DNA from: a virus
Reading direction: 5' to 3' (one strand)
Length of the DNA stretch: 64,000 bases
IMG/VR virus record: IMGVR_UViG_3300005337_000001
Coordinates: 32,001-96,000 of that record
Shown here piece by piece: positions 18,799 to 26,717 of the stretch; the first letter of the stretch is position 1, and each line of letters opens with the position of its first letter. The notes under the pieces are model-generated. The model was not told the DNA's origin. It saw only the letters and a program-made list of their open reading frames with translations, and searched no databases. Both the position numbers and the translations under genes were made by a program.

Positions 18799-19042
18799 CG
18801 CCAGCCCTTGGGCATCTTCGTCGGCAGTGTAGCGCCCAGCGGTAGTTTGAGCATGGACGCCTTGATCTGCACCTCCATGCCGTCGATGGCGCGCTTGCAG
18901 GCCTGACGAGCGAGCTGGAGCTGCATACGCATGTCGGCGAAGACCTCGGTCTTGGAGGCGTCATCGACATGTCTCTTGGCTAGGTCGAGCGCGGTTTGTA
19001 TTTCGTCGAATCTCATTTGATGTAGTCCTTCTTGAAGCTCAT
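18795..19042 (-). CDS. helical hypothetical protein; start split by a probable 1-nt deletion at 19016-19018
   Basis: ATG 19042 (TAATG overlap) gives MSFKKDYIK, which continues as MRFDEIQTAL if one A is added. Confidence 0.55.
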
Positions 19043-19380
19043 TAACCTCTGAGGAGCTTCTGGATTTCGGCAGTGGCGTCGGTGACTCCATCGTCGAAGA
19101 CTTTGAACGAAGACTGCTTCATTGAGGCTAGAATGTCGGAGGGGTAGATAGTTTCGAAGAACGATGAGCCAGGAGCTTTAGGTAACCGGTCGCCGTTTCT
19201 ATTCGCTGGCGCCTGCAGCGCTTCCTCCATGCTTGCAGCCTGCGCGTCTTCGAACACAGGGGTGTCTTGGCAGTGCGGGCAGTCGGTGAGCTTGACGTCA
19301 CGGGTGAGCGATAGGTCGTAGCTGATGAAGACGTGACAGGCGGTGTACTTGTCGTCAGCTCGATAGAAGTGCACGGTCAT
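19042..19380 (-). CDS. small Zn-finger protein with AxxMExAL motif
   Basis: HFY..TAC...TDCPHC then QAASMEEAL. Confidence 0.7.
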   Translation of the reverse strand: MTVHFYRADDKYTACHVFISYDLSLTRDVKLTDCPHCQDTPVFEDAQAASMEEALQAPANRNGDRLPKAPGSSFFETIYPSDILASMKQSSFKVFDDGVTDATAEIQKLLRG

Positions 19381-19384
19381 GTGC

Positions 19385-19600
19385 TCACCGATCCCAGAAG
19401 ACGAAGCCTTGACTGTGCCTACCCTGGTGACCTGGCTTGAGCTTGCACGAAAAATTGGACCAGCGGTGGCCGCAGAACTCGGAGGTAGGGTACGGGCGTG
19501 TATTGAGCTCAGCACGTAATGTATCCAAGAGCCGTTCAGCCCAACCTACTGCAGCCACTAGCTCTTCGGTGGTCATGTCCGCGGGACGCTTGGTGTTCAT
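19385..19600 (-). CDS. hypothetical protein
   Basis: ATG 19600; C-terminal C..C....H.G.H. Confidence 0.55.
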   Translation of the reverse strand: MNTKRPADMTTEELVAAVGWAERLLDTLRAELNTRPYPTSEFCGHRWSNFSCKLKPGHQGRHSQGFVFWDR

Positions 19601-19974
19601 GTAACAGCTGCTCCAATGACATCGCGCGCAAGCATGTCGTTGAACATGCGGCGTACCGCAATGCACTGCCGATCGCCAGGGTTCAAGGCCTTCTTGCAGA
19701 TGTCGGGGCGCTTCTCATAGATGGAGCAGCTCACCTGCTTGCCGATGGAGCCTCGTAGGCTTACGCACCTGCAGTCCTCGGCGCCCTTGAGCGGACCCGT
19801 CTTGTTGAGAGTAGGCCTCGTGCGGATCTCGCTGTTGATGACGTTCAGCCGCACGTAGCGCCGGCCCAGTTTCTCTTCATCCTTGGGCGTCAGGTTCACG
19901 TAGGTGTCACTCCACGTAAGTGAGACACAACAGATGCCGCACTTGCGGCAGTCGGCTGATGTGAGCTTGGGCAT
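19597..19974 (-). CDS. YkgJ/CxxCxxCC-family Zn/Fe-chelating protein
   Basis: CRKCGICC...C..L....CSIYEKRPDICK. Confidence 0.8.
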   Translation of the reverse strand: MPKLTSADCRKCGICCVSLTWSDTYVNLTPKDEEKLGRRYVRLNVINSEIRTRPTLNKTGPLKGAEDCRCVSLRGSIGKQVSCSIYEKRPDICKKALNPGDRQCIAVRRMFNDMLARDVIGAAVT

Positions 19975-19976
19975 GC

Positions 19977-20324
19977 TCAAAGACCCAACTCGAACCTAGC
20001 CGCTTTGATTGCTGTGAGCGAGATGTGTGAAGGTATATGGTTTTGGAGAGCGTGGATGTCACGACAAAACTCCCGCCAGGTCTCGAGGAGAAGTCTTTCT
20101 GCAGCACGTTCCTCCAGGCTGAGCCAGACTGAGCCGTTGCGGCTGTCCGGATGTAGCGTCTCGATGTCGAAGCGCCCTTGAGAGTGTGAGAACCTTGAGT
20201 CAGGGTACTTGTACTCCGCCCACTTGCGCCCAATTTTGCTGATCTCGTACTCGGTTGGTTTGCCGCGGTCGAAGTCGTGCTCGACGAATACACGCTGGCC
20301 TACCTTCAATTTGTGCTTGTTCAT
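19977..20324 (-). CDS. beta-barrel hypothetical phage protein
   Basis: LKVGQRVFV..YEISKIGRKWA pattern. Confidence 0.65.
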   Translation of the reverse strand: MNKHKLKVGQRVFVEHDFDRGKPTEYEISKIGRKWAEYKYPDSRFSHSQGRFDIETLHPDSRNGSVWLSLEERAAERLLLETWREFCRDIHALQNHIPSHISLTAIKAARFELGL

Positions 20325-20326
20325 CT

Positions 20327-20863
20327 CTACTCCAGGTGATGCGGGCCTTCAGCACGGTATCGTTCGAGCTCCTGCGGCGTAGCGCCAGTGAGGCGCGTCT
20401 TCTTGCCCACACCATGCTCAAAATTGGCTTTGTGATGTCGAAACGCTTCAGCCTCGTACTCGAGCGCCACCATCTGCGTGGAGCCCCAGCCAGCTACCTC
20501 GATGGTCCACACGTGCGGCACCCACTTCTCGATTTTCTCGAAGGCCTTCTCCATGAAGCCAAAGCTGGGCTCGCCTTCGGTCTCTTGCTTCTCGATGAAG
20601 CCATGCTTGACTAGGCTTTCGAAGTCAGGGTGGAAGAAGGGGTTGGTAACCCACCAAGCAATGGGATTGGGCACAGGCTTGGCGGTGATCGCTTCTTGCA
20701 TGAGCTCGCCCATTCGCTTGAGCGAGATGAACTTCCACTCGTCCCCGTCTTTGGAAAGCGTCCAGATGAGTAGCGCCCCAGCGCATTCTTCTTCGCTGTG
20801 TCCAAAGGTGGCGGTGAGCGGCGGCATGTCGAGAATCACAGCACTCGGTTTGTAGATGGGCAT
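20327..20863 (-). CDS. hypothetical protein (contains MEKAF)
   Basis: ORF; start chosen at ATG 20863. Confidence 0.65.
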   Translation of the reverse strand: MPIYKPSAVILDMPPLTATFGHSEEECAGALLIWTLSKDGDEWKFISLKRMGELMQEAITAKPVPNPIAWWVTNPFFHPDFESLVKHGFIEKQETEGEPSFGFMEKAFEKIEKWVPHVWTIEVAGWGSTQMVALEYEAEAFRHHKANFEHGVGKKTRLTGATPQELERYRAEGPHHLE

Positions 20864-20865
20864 GT

Positions 20866-21102
20866 TCAATCCCTCATTGGAGCCAGAATCCAACGCCACT
20901 CGTCGGGCCAGCTGTCGTCTTCGTAGATAGGACGTATACCCTCACCAGGAGGGTTGCCAAGAAAGGTGATGGCCCGGTTGTTAACCTGAGCTATGTGCGC
21001 GTTCCAGAAAGTGATGCCAACCGGTGTGAGGATCACGATGTCCTGCCGACCCCGCACTGCTAAACGCGGGTCATCGTCACTCCAGTTCGGCTCACCCCGC
21101 AT
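20866..21102 (-). CDS. hypothetical protein
   Basis: tiled ORF. Confidence 0.5.
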   Translation of the reverse strand: MRGEPNWSDDDPRLAVRGRQDIVILTPVGITFWNAHIAQVNNRAITFLGNPPGEGIRPIYEDDSWPDEWRWILAPMRD

Positions 21103-21301
21103 CTTCGGGCTCGTCTTTCGTCGTGAACTCGTCACGCGCGGCGTAGTCTCGGATTTGGAAGCTGCCGGTGATGGGCAGCGAGTCGAGCTTCACGTTGATG
21201 GAGCCATCAGTATTCTCGAAGGCCACACCGATGCGTGTCCAGTACTTTTTGCCGTTGCGCTCGGTGATGTTGTAGCAAATTTTGTGCTTGCCGTTGCTCA
21301 T
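21092..21301 (-). CDS. small conserved protein (K.YW.RIG.AF.N.DGS.NV.LD.LP family)
   Basis: motif recalled from small myxobacterial and phage SSB-like proteins. Confidence 0.7.
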   Translation of the reverse strand: MSNGKHKICYNITERNGKKYWTRIGVAFENTDGSINVKLDSLPITGSFQIRDYAARDEFTTKDEPEDAG

Positions 21302-21510
21302 GTGTACCTCTGTCCTTTCAAGCAGCCTTCAGTTCGTTTGTAGCCGTCCACCTTGCGTCTCTTGTCCCACGTAAGCAGCTCATGAAAGAGCTTGCAGCTC
21401 ATGTTGCTGTTGGCCGTGCCCTCCATCCAATCGCAGTCGTTCGAACAGTGCCCGTTGGTGGAGGTGGTCACGTCAACGCCCACCACGACCGGCAGTATCT
21501 TGCGGTTCAC
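21298..21510 (-). CDS. Cys-rich hypothetical protein
   Basis: HCSNDC..C.LF....R...C. Confidence 0.6.
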   Translation of the reverse strand: MNRKILPVVVGVDVTTSTNGHCSNDCDWMEGTANSNMSCKLFHELLTWDKRRKVDGYKRTEGCLKGQRYT

Positions 21511-21866
21511 TTATCCCTCACAGGGCGAAACAAGGGGCGCTGGCCGCGTGCGAGCATGCGCTTGCGCATCTCGAGAGAGATTTGGTAGGCCGTGACGCTC
21601 TCGCGTTCCTTGAGCATCTCGTCTCTGATCTCGTCCCACTCCTTGCACTCGTTCGCCCACTGCTGAAGCTGCTCTTCAGTGAGGTCGCAGGACTTGAGCT
21701 CAGGCTCGCCCTCCACCATCTTGCTCTGGTCGATGCCACAGGAGCGGCAGCGTCCATGGAGACGTAGGCCAAGCTGCCCCATCTCTTCCACCTGACCGTT
21801 ACAAGCCAAGCAGATCCACGCATCGGTTTCTTCGGCCATCTCACAGTCCTTCCATACTTGCGGCAT
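21507..21866 (-). CDS. Zn-ribbon hypothetical protein
   Basis: CLAC...CRSC. Confidence 0.6.
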   Translation of the reverse strand: MPQVWKDCEMAEETDAWICLACNGQVEEMGQLGLRLHGRCRSCGIDQSKMVEGEPELKSCDLTEEQLQQWANECKEWDEIRDEMLKERESVTAYQISLEMRKRMLARGQRPLFRPVRDK

Positions 21867-22095
21867 TGGTAGGCCAATGCGTTCCAAGAAGAGACAAGCA
21901 CTCACCTCTATGCAGATTCTCCAGACAGCAAGATTCGCTTGTGATAGGCGAGACGGAGGGGCAACCCACCTTTTTGGAGCTACCGTTGAGGTTCTCGAGA
22001 GCGCGCTCAAAGCGATCGAGCGGCGCTTCGTACTTCATGTACTGCTGATGCCTGTGCCGCTTCTTACGCAGCGCACGCTTCTGCAGCTTGTTCAT
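21841..22095 (-). CDS. basic hypothetical protein (FERAL variant motif)
   Basis: ATGA overlap; K/R-rich N-terminus. Confidence 0.55.
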   Translation of the reverse strand: MNKLQKRALRKKRHRHQQYMKYEAPLDRFERALENLNGSSKKVGCPSVSPITSESCCLENLHRGECLSLLGTHWPTNAASMEGL

Positions 22096-22289
22096 CGCCG
22101 CCTGAGCCTTTCAAGCTCCGCTTTGTACTTCTCAGCCAGGGTGTAGGTGCCTGCTTTGTCGTACCTACGCATGCGTCTGCCGTCGATCTCGGCCTGACTG
22201 GGCCGGCTCAGCGCATCCTCCATGCTCTGTGCAAGCGCTTCGTCGAGCAGCATCTCACGCACATGCTCAGGTAGTTTTGCTTGTTTCAT
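22092..22289 (-). CDS. small protein with AxxMExAL motif
   Basis: LAQSMEDAL. Confidence 0.65.
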   Translation of the reverse strand: MKQAKLPEHVREMLLDEALAQSMEDALSRPSQAEIDGRRMRRYDKAGTYTLAEKYKAELERLRRR

Positions 22290-22654
22290 CAGATGAAGTT
22301 GGCAGCATCATCGAGCGCCACCCAGTATGCTGCGCGCCCCCTGATCCTAGATGGCCGTACTCGATACCCCGCTGTCAGCGGAAGCATCAACTGCGTCCAC
22401 GGTTTGGTGGAGCTCATCGCTCGAAAGCGCTCGAGGTCGTAATCGTCGATGAACTTGCGCTGCTTGTCTTCAGGTATGTCTCGCCACTGCCCCAACACCT
22501 CCTCGTAGTACGACTTACCAGCGGCGCGCAGCGGGTAGCCCATGTACTCGCTAGACCAAGACGTACCCCAATCGATGAAGCGGTACGGAGCCAAGAGGGC
22601 AAGCTCCATGTCGTCAGCCATGAGCTCATTGAAGGGCAGCACAAGTTGTCGCAT
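22289..22654 (-). CDS. hypothetical protein with AxxMExAL motif
   Basis: MADDMELAL. Confidence 0.65.
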   Translation of the reverse strand: MRQLVLPFNELMADDMELALLAPYRFIDWGTSWSSEYMGYPLRAAGKSYYEEVLGQWRDIPEDKQRKFIDDYDLERFRAMSSTKPWTQLMLPLTAGYRVRPSRIRGRAAYWVALDDAANFI

Positions 22655-22945
22655 TTACGTGGATGGGCCGACGTAGTTGAAGCGATACACAGGCGTCTCG
22701 ATGTGCGTGTTCTCTTCTAAAGTAGAGCGTAGGTAATCGTGGCGGATGAAGTCGCTCCACGAGTCCTTGCCTTCGGTGGCCCATTCACGCAGGCGCGTGC
22801 GCCCCGTCTCCCCGCACACGTACACCACAAAAAGCTCATCGGTGTCATGGTGCGATGTCAGGAACAGCGCGACGTACTTACCAGGACGCTTGTGGTGCGT
22901 GTAGATGCCGGGCTTGAAGTTCTTCGGGTCTTGGTATGGTTGCAT
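22655..22945 (-). CDS. DUF1653-like protein
   Basis: GIYTHHK..KY..L....H.DT.ELFVVY...R.R...W. Confidence 0.65.
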   Translation of the reverse strand: MQPYQDPKNFKPGIYTHHKRPGKYVALFLTSHHDTDELFVVYVCGETGRTRLREWATEGKDSWSDFIRHDYLRSTLEENTHIETPVYRFNYVGPST

Positions 22946-22951
22946 GGATCC

Positions 22952-23299
22952 TCAGTACGGTTTCAGGGGTTTGTCGTTGGGCTCGCGCACAGCACGTGCC
23001 TCTGCTTCGTCTTCTAGCCCATGGAAGAACCACTCGGTAGCTTCCGGGTAGAGGTGGGTCTCAAATTTATCACTGAAGTAGCGCAGCTCGAGCTCGGCCT
23101 TTGCTTGCCCTTCATGTCTGATGCGCACGTCACACTCCTCGCCAACACGCGGGCCTTGCCGGTGTGCGTTCTGCACGACGTACTTCATCCACGGCGTGTA
23201 GCCGTCGTGGAGCGCGCGCTCCATACGCTCGGCCATGATGTCTTCGACGTCGGCGACGATCTCTTCCAGCCCTTCCGGGCTTCTCACTTTCGCGTTCAA
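22952..23299 (-). CDS. hypothetical protein, paralogue of 23296 gene, AxxMExAL motif
   Basis: MAERMERAL; WFF.G.E.EA..R...PY end; TTG start overlaps upstream TGA. Confidence 0.6.
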   Translation of the reverse strand: MNAKVRSPEGLEEIVADVEDIMAERMERALHDGYTPWMKYVVQNAHRQGPRVGEECDVRIRHEGQAKAELELRYFSDKFETHLYPEATEWFFHGLEDEAEARAVREPNDKPLKPY

Positions 23300-23712
23300 T
23301 AGGGCCTCATCTTCACCTTGATAGCAGTAGGGCGCACGGTGTAGCCCTCGTATAGCTTGCGCACCTTCGCCTCGTTTTCGATGCCTTCGAAGAACCACAT
23401 ATGGCGCTTCGGTCGATGCAACCGTGACCACTCCAGCTGCGGGAAGTCGGTAGCCCCTATCCCATCAACCCACGGCTCTGGATGTGTAGTTGGTGCTTGG
23501 GTCAGCGCGTAGCGCAGCAGAATACCAGCACGACCTGAACTCTGGGTGTAGAAGCGTACTACGCAGAGCTGGTCCTTCTTGCCGTACTCGTTGTGGCTGC
23601 TGCGCGTGATGTAGTAGTACCAACCGTTGGTGAGCGCAGCTTCCATACGCGCGGCAGGATCTACAAGTTGTTCTTCAGCGCCGCCGCGGTGCACTTTTGT
23701 ATGAAGCCCCAA
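23296..23712 (-). CDS. hypothetical protein, paralogue of 22952 gene, AxxMExAL motif
   Basis: PAARMEAAL; WFFEGIENEAKVR...PY end. Confidence 0.6.
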   Translation of the reverse strand: MGLHTKVHRGGAEEQLVDPAARMEAALTNGWYYYITRSSHNEYGKKDQLCVVRFYTQSSGRAGILLRYALTQAPTTHPEPWVDGIGATDFPQLEWSRLHRPKRHMWFFEGIENEAKVRKLYEGYTVRPTAIKVKMRPY

Positions 23713-23947
23713 ACTTTCTCACTTTCTCCTCCAAGTCCTCCAGCAGGTCGTGCAGCTCGGAGCTGCTCCTGCGCGAGTCGACTAAGAGGGATGGTGCCGT
23801 ACCAGCGGGCCCGCCGAAGTTTGAGGGCTTCCCCCGCTCCGGCGGTGGTCCGGCAAGGGCTCGCTCCATACCTGCAGCAAGCTTGCCATTCTTCAAGTAC
23901 CAGCCTTGGTATTTCCTGGCATAGAGCTTTTTCTTTCGACGACTCAT
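23675..23947 (-). CDS. basic small protein with AxxMExAL motif
   Basis: SD GAGG and TGATG junction; LAAGMERAL. Confidence 0.65.
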   Translation of the reverse strand: MSRRKKKLYARKYQGWYLKNGKLAAGMERALAGPPPERGKPSNFGGPAGTAPSLLVDSRRSSSELHDLLEDLEEKVRKFGASYKSAPRRR

Positions 23948-24263
23948 CAGGCCTCTTCGAATACGTATCGGCCAGCGCGTAGGTGCGAGCCAATATGCGG
24001 CACTCGAGCGCCGCATAGTCGATCGTGCCGGTAACCAGCATCTCGTCGTGGATGAACGTCCCCGCAATCATCTTTTGGAGAGGGGTCTTTCGTATTCCCT
24101 GACCGCCGTAGACGGTTTCGAAGTCGAAGGGGATGAGCCCCGAAGGCTTAGGCTCACGAAATGCTTTCTCCATCCCGGCGGCGAGCTTGTCCTCGTAGGC
24201 CTTGAGCCTCAAGTACCGCCTGAGCTTGCGCTCTTTCTTGGAGCGTCGCCTAAGCCTTCGCAT
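23947..24263 (-). CDS. basic small protein with AxxMExAF motif and PolA motif-A-like peptide; probable 1-nt frameshift near 23986
   Basis: LAAGMEKAF; IDYAALECRILA; shifted frame ends HLRAGRYVFEEA* at the TGATG junction. Confidence 0.55.
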
Positions 24264-24567
24264 ATTGCGGGCACCCTTCGTAGTGATGCTCGCCCTTGCT
24301 GGCCTGCAGCGACAAACGTTGCTCTTCGGGGAAGCGGTGCGGATCACATCTGCAGGTAGCTGCCAGCACGTCCATAGTCTTCTTGATCACTGCAACTTGT
24401 ACTAGCTCTGTCACAGCACGACTCTTGGCTTGCTCGAAGGCTGCAACAGCATCTTCGTAGGAACCTCCAGTGGCGCGCACCCAGACGAGACGCAGCTGAT
24501 GCTCAGACTCCAAAATCCTTTCGAAACCGCTCGCTAGCTCTTCGTCGCTCTTCGTTTCGTTCGGCAT
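24250..24567 (-). CDS. hypothetical protein, paralogue of 24503 gene
   Basis: SDEELASGFERIL..H.L....G.SYEDA. Confidence 0.65.
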   Translation of the reverse strand: MPNETKSDEELASGFERILESEHQLRLVWVRATGGSYEDAVAAFEQAKSRAVTELVQVAVIKKTMDVLAATCRCDPHRFPEEQRLSLQASKGEHHYEGCPQYAKA

Positions 24568-24799
24568 CGGTCATCGCCTCCTCTCGCTTGCGACGTTCTG
24601 TGATGAACTCAACGGTGCCCTTCCACGCCTCCTCGTAGGTGTAACCCTTGACCACCTCCATGTACAGAAGCGTGTGCCTGTGGAAGAGCCGCCCGTCAGC
24701 TGAATCGACGAGCGCCTTCTCCATGCTCGCAGCTAGCTCTTCATCACTCAGCTCGTCTGAGGATTCCTTTTCGAGGTCTTGCGACTGGGGTTGTGTCAT
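24503..24799 (-). CDS. hypothetical protein with AxxMExAL motif
   Basis: SDEELAASMEKAL..H.H.L...GYTYEEA. Confidence 0.65.
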   Translation of the reverse strand: MTQPQSQDLEKESSDELSDEELAASMEKALVDSADGRLFHRHTLLYMEVVKGYTYEEAWKGTVEFITERRKREEAMTDAERNEERRRASERFRKDFGV

Positions 24800-25106
24800 C
24801 TTCCACCTTGCGCTGACCAAGGAAGGCCTTGGCCTGGAGCACGGTCTCCTGCGTGCCGTTCTTGATCTTGGCACCAAGAATACTCGTTTCCTCGGGCTGC
24901 AGCTCGATGATGTGCAGAAGCTCCTTGATGAGGGAGGGCGCTTCATCTAGGCGCCAGGTCTCCTCCCGCAGCGCTTTGACTGCGCGCACCAGCGCACGAC
25001 TGCCCTTGGTGTGGACAACGCTCGGGTGCGACTCGAGCTCGTCGACGCACTCGAAGGCCGCACGGAGCACGCGCTCCTTCAGCAGGTTCACAGAAGCAAT
25101 GCTCAT
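24744..25106 (-). CDS. helical hypothetical protein
   Basis: ATGA overlap. Confidence 0.6.
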   Translation of the reverse strand: MSIASVNLLKERVLRAAFECVDELESHPSVVHTKGSRALVRAVKALREETWRLDEAPSLIKELLHIIELQPEETSILGAKIKNGTQETVLQAKAFLGQRKVEDDTTPVARPRKGILRRAE

Positions 25107-25936
25107 CGGCGTATCTCCAAAGTTCGAATGACAGCTGGGCTGAGGTAGGGGTTTGCTTTGCAGGCGTTGACGATGAACTCTTCCATCGCCTTGTCGAAGT
25201 TGCCACCGTCGTCCCGACCACCAACGCCAATGCTAGTGGCCGCGCAGGGAATCAGATTCCTCTTCGTGTTCAACACAAGAGAACGCCCACTCGGCAGCCC
25301 CCAGCTAGCGCTGTGACCAGGGAAGTACATCAACTGCTGGATGTACATGCTGCCCACATCACGATCGACGATCTCGGCATTACGTTTGGCTTCGGCCACA
25401 TGCATAGCTCGAGCTGTCGACGTTCGGTGCAGGTCAGCTTCCCAAAGCCTGGCGATCTTGCGCGGCGAGAGCGGTGATACTTCCAGGAGCTGGGCGTCCC
25501 ATTCCTCATCGTGCTCGACGGTCTCCCACCCACTCTTATGTACATCAGGGGCACCCACCTCAATGCAGAAAAGCTGGCCAGGGGCTACGCCGTTCTCGAG
25601 CGCCCAATTGCGCCATGGCTGATGCCAGCTGCGGCCGTATTCCTCCACCGTACTGCCGCTCCAGTTGATGTTCAATGCCGTGTCTAAGTCGAAGTCGCTG
25701 AGCCACCAAGGCCACCATGCCGGCGGCTCGCTGTCTTCCACCTCGTTCCACATCGGCACCTGACCAGCCGCTTCTGGGGTCAGGTCGTAATCGAAGTTGC
25801 CCCAGTGCAGGCGGTACCAGAATTTGCACAGCTCTGGCCCGTGCACGTTTGCAGCTGAGATGTCAGTCGTCGGATACTTCGTCAGCTTCTTCAGTGTCCT
25901 CAGCGTCTTCTTCGTCTTCGTCGTCAGATACGTCAT
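25103..25936 (-). CDS. Trp-rich hypothetical protein
   Basis: SD AGGAG before ATG 25936; start uncertain. Confidence 0.65.
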   Translation of the reverse strand: MTYLTTKTKKTLRTLKKLTKYPTTDISAANVHGPELCKFWYRLHWGNFDYDLTPEAAGQVPMWNEVEDSEPPAWWPWWLSDFDLDTALNINWSGSTVEEYGRSWHQPWRNWALENGVAPGQLFCIEVGAPDVHKSGWETVEHDEEWDAQLLEVSPLSPRKIARLWEADLHRTSTARAMHVAEAKRNAEIVDRDVGSMYIQQLMYFPGHSASWGLPSGRSLVLNTKRNLIPCAATSIGVGGRDDGGNFDKAMEEFIVNACKANPYLSPAVIRTLEIRR

Positions 25937-26717
25937 CGCCAGTGCTCCTAGCGTCGGGTGATGAGTCGGCGAGCTCGTCTTTGTCCATAGGTTCCACGTT
26001 TTGGACGGTGACTTCCCACCCATCCTCTTCGAGCTGTTTTACAGCCTCGCTCACCTGATCGTCCACCGGCGTCGCCTCTTGACCATCGTCGATGACGCTC
26101 CAGTTGGGATCGCCCGACATCTTGCGCTCGACCAGCAGCTCCACGTTGTACACGGGCTCGTTGAACATCCTCGCCTGGTCGACAACCTCTTCCGAGCTCA
26201 GATTGGTCAAAAACTCGCTGATGCCAGGCTCTGTGCCGTTGAAGTCCTTACCCGTACATTCTTTGAAGAGCTGCTTGCGTTCTTCGGGCAGAAGCACGAT
26301 GACACGCATCTCGTCCATCACCCACCAGCGCTTGGTGTGATGCTTGAACCACCAATCCAGTAGGGACTGTAGCGACGGCGCATCGGCTACGGTGTAGCTG
26401 TCGGGCGCGTCCTGGTCCTCGTAGGCGTCGATGAGAAGCTGCTGCGCACTTGGCGCTTCCAACTGCACCGGCTTGCAAGGGATGAGCACGTAGGGGATGT
26501 TGATCTCGTCGATCTCAGGCTCGAAGTTCTTGCGCTCGAATGCGCCAGCCTCTTCGAGAGTCTGAAAGTAGCCCTCGTCTTCGTGAGCTTCCCACTGGAA
26601 GAAGCCCTCGGGGTGTTCGTCTTTGAACTGCTCGAGTGAGATGCGCTCCTCACCCGCATGCTCCTTGGCTACGTGCAGAGGCAATCGTCGAATAGCTTCA
26701 AGCAAAGGTGTCGTCAT
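25863..26717 (-). CDS. acidic hypothetical protein
   Basis: ATGA overlap; D/E-rich C-terminus. Confidence 0.75.
   Translation of the reverse strand: MTTPLLEAIRRLPLHVAKEHAGEERISLEQFKDEHPEGFFQWEAHEDEGYFQTLEEAGAFERKNFEPEIDEINIPYVLIPCKPVQLEAPSAQQLLIDAYEDQDAPDSYTVADAPSLQSLLDWWFKHHTKRWWVMDEMRVIVLLPEERKQLFKECTGKDFNGTEPGISEFLTNLSSEEVVDQARMFNEPVYNVELLVERKMSGDPNWSVIDDGQEATPVDDQVSEAVKQLEEDGWEVTVQNVEPMDKDELADSSPDARSTGDDVSDDEDEEDAEDTEEADEVSDD

Noticed and set aside
25534-25539. ATAAGA inside a CDS
   Set aside because: Lacks the upstream CAAA box and downstream GAAGG; mid-gene
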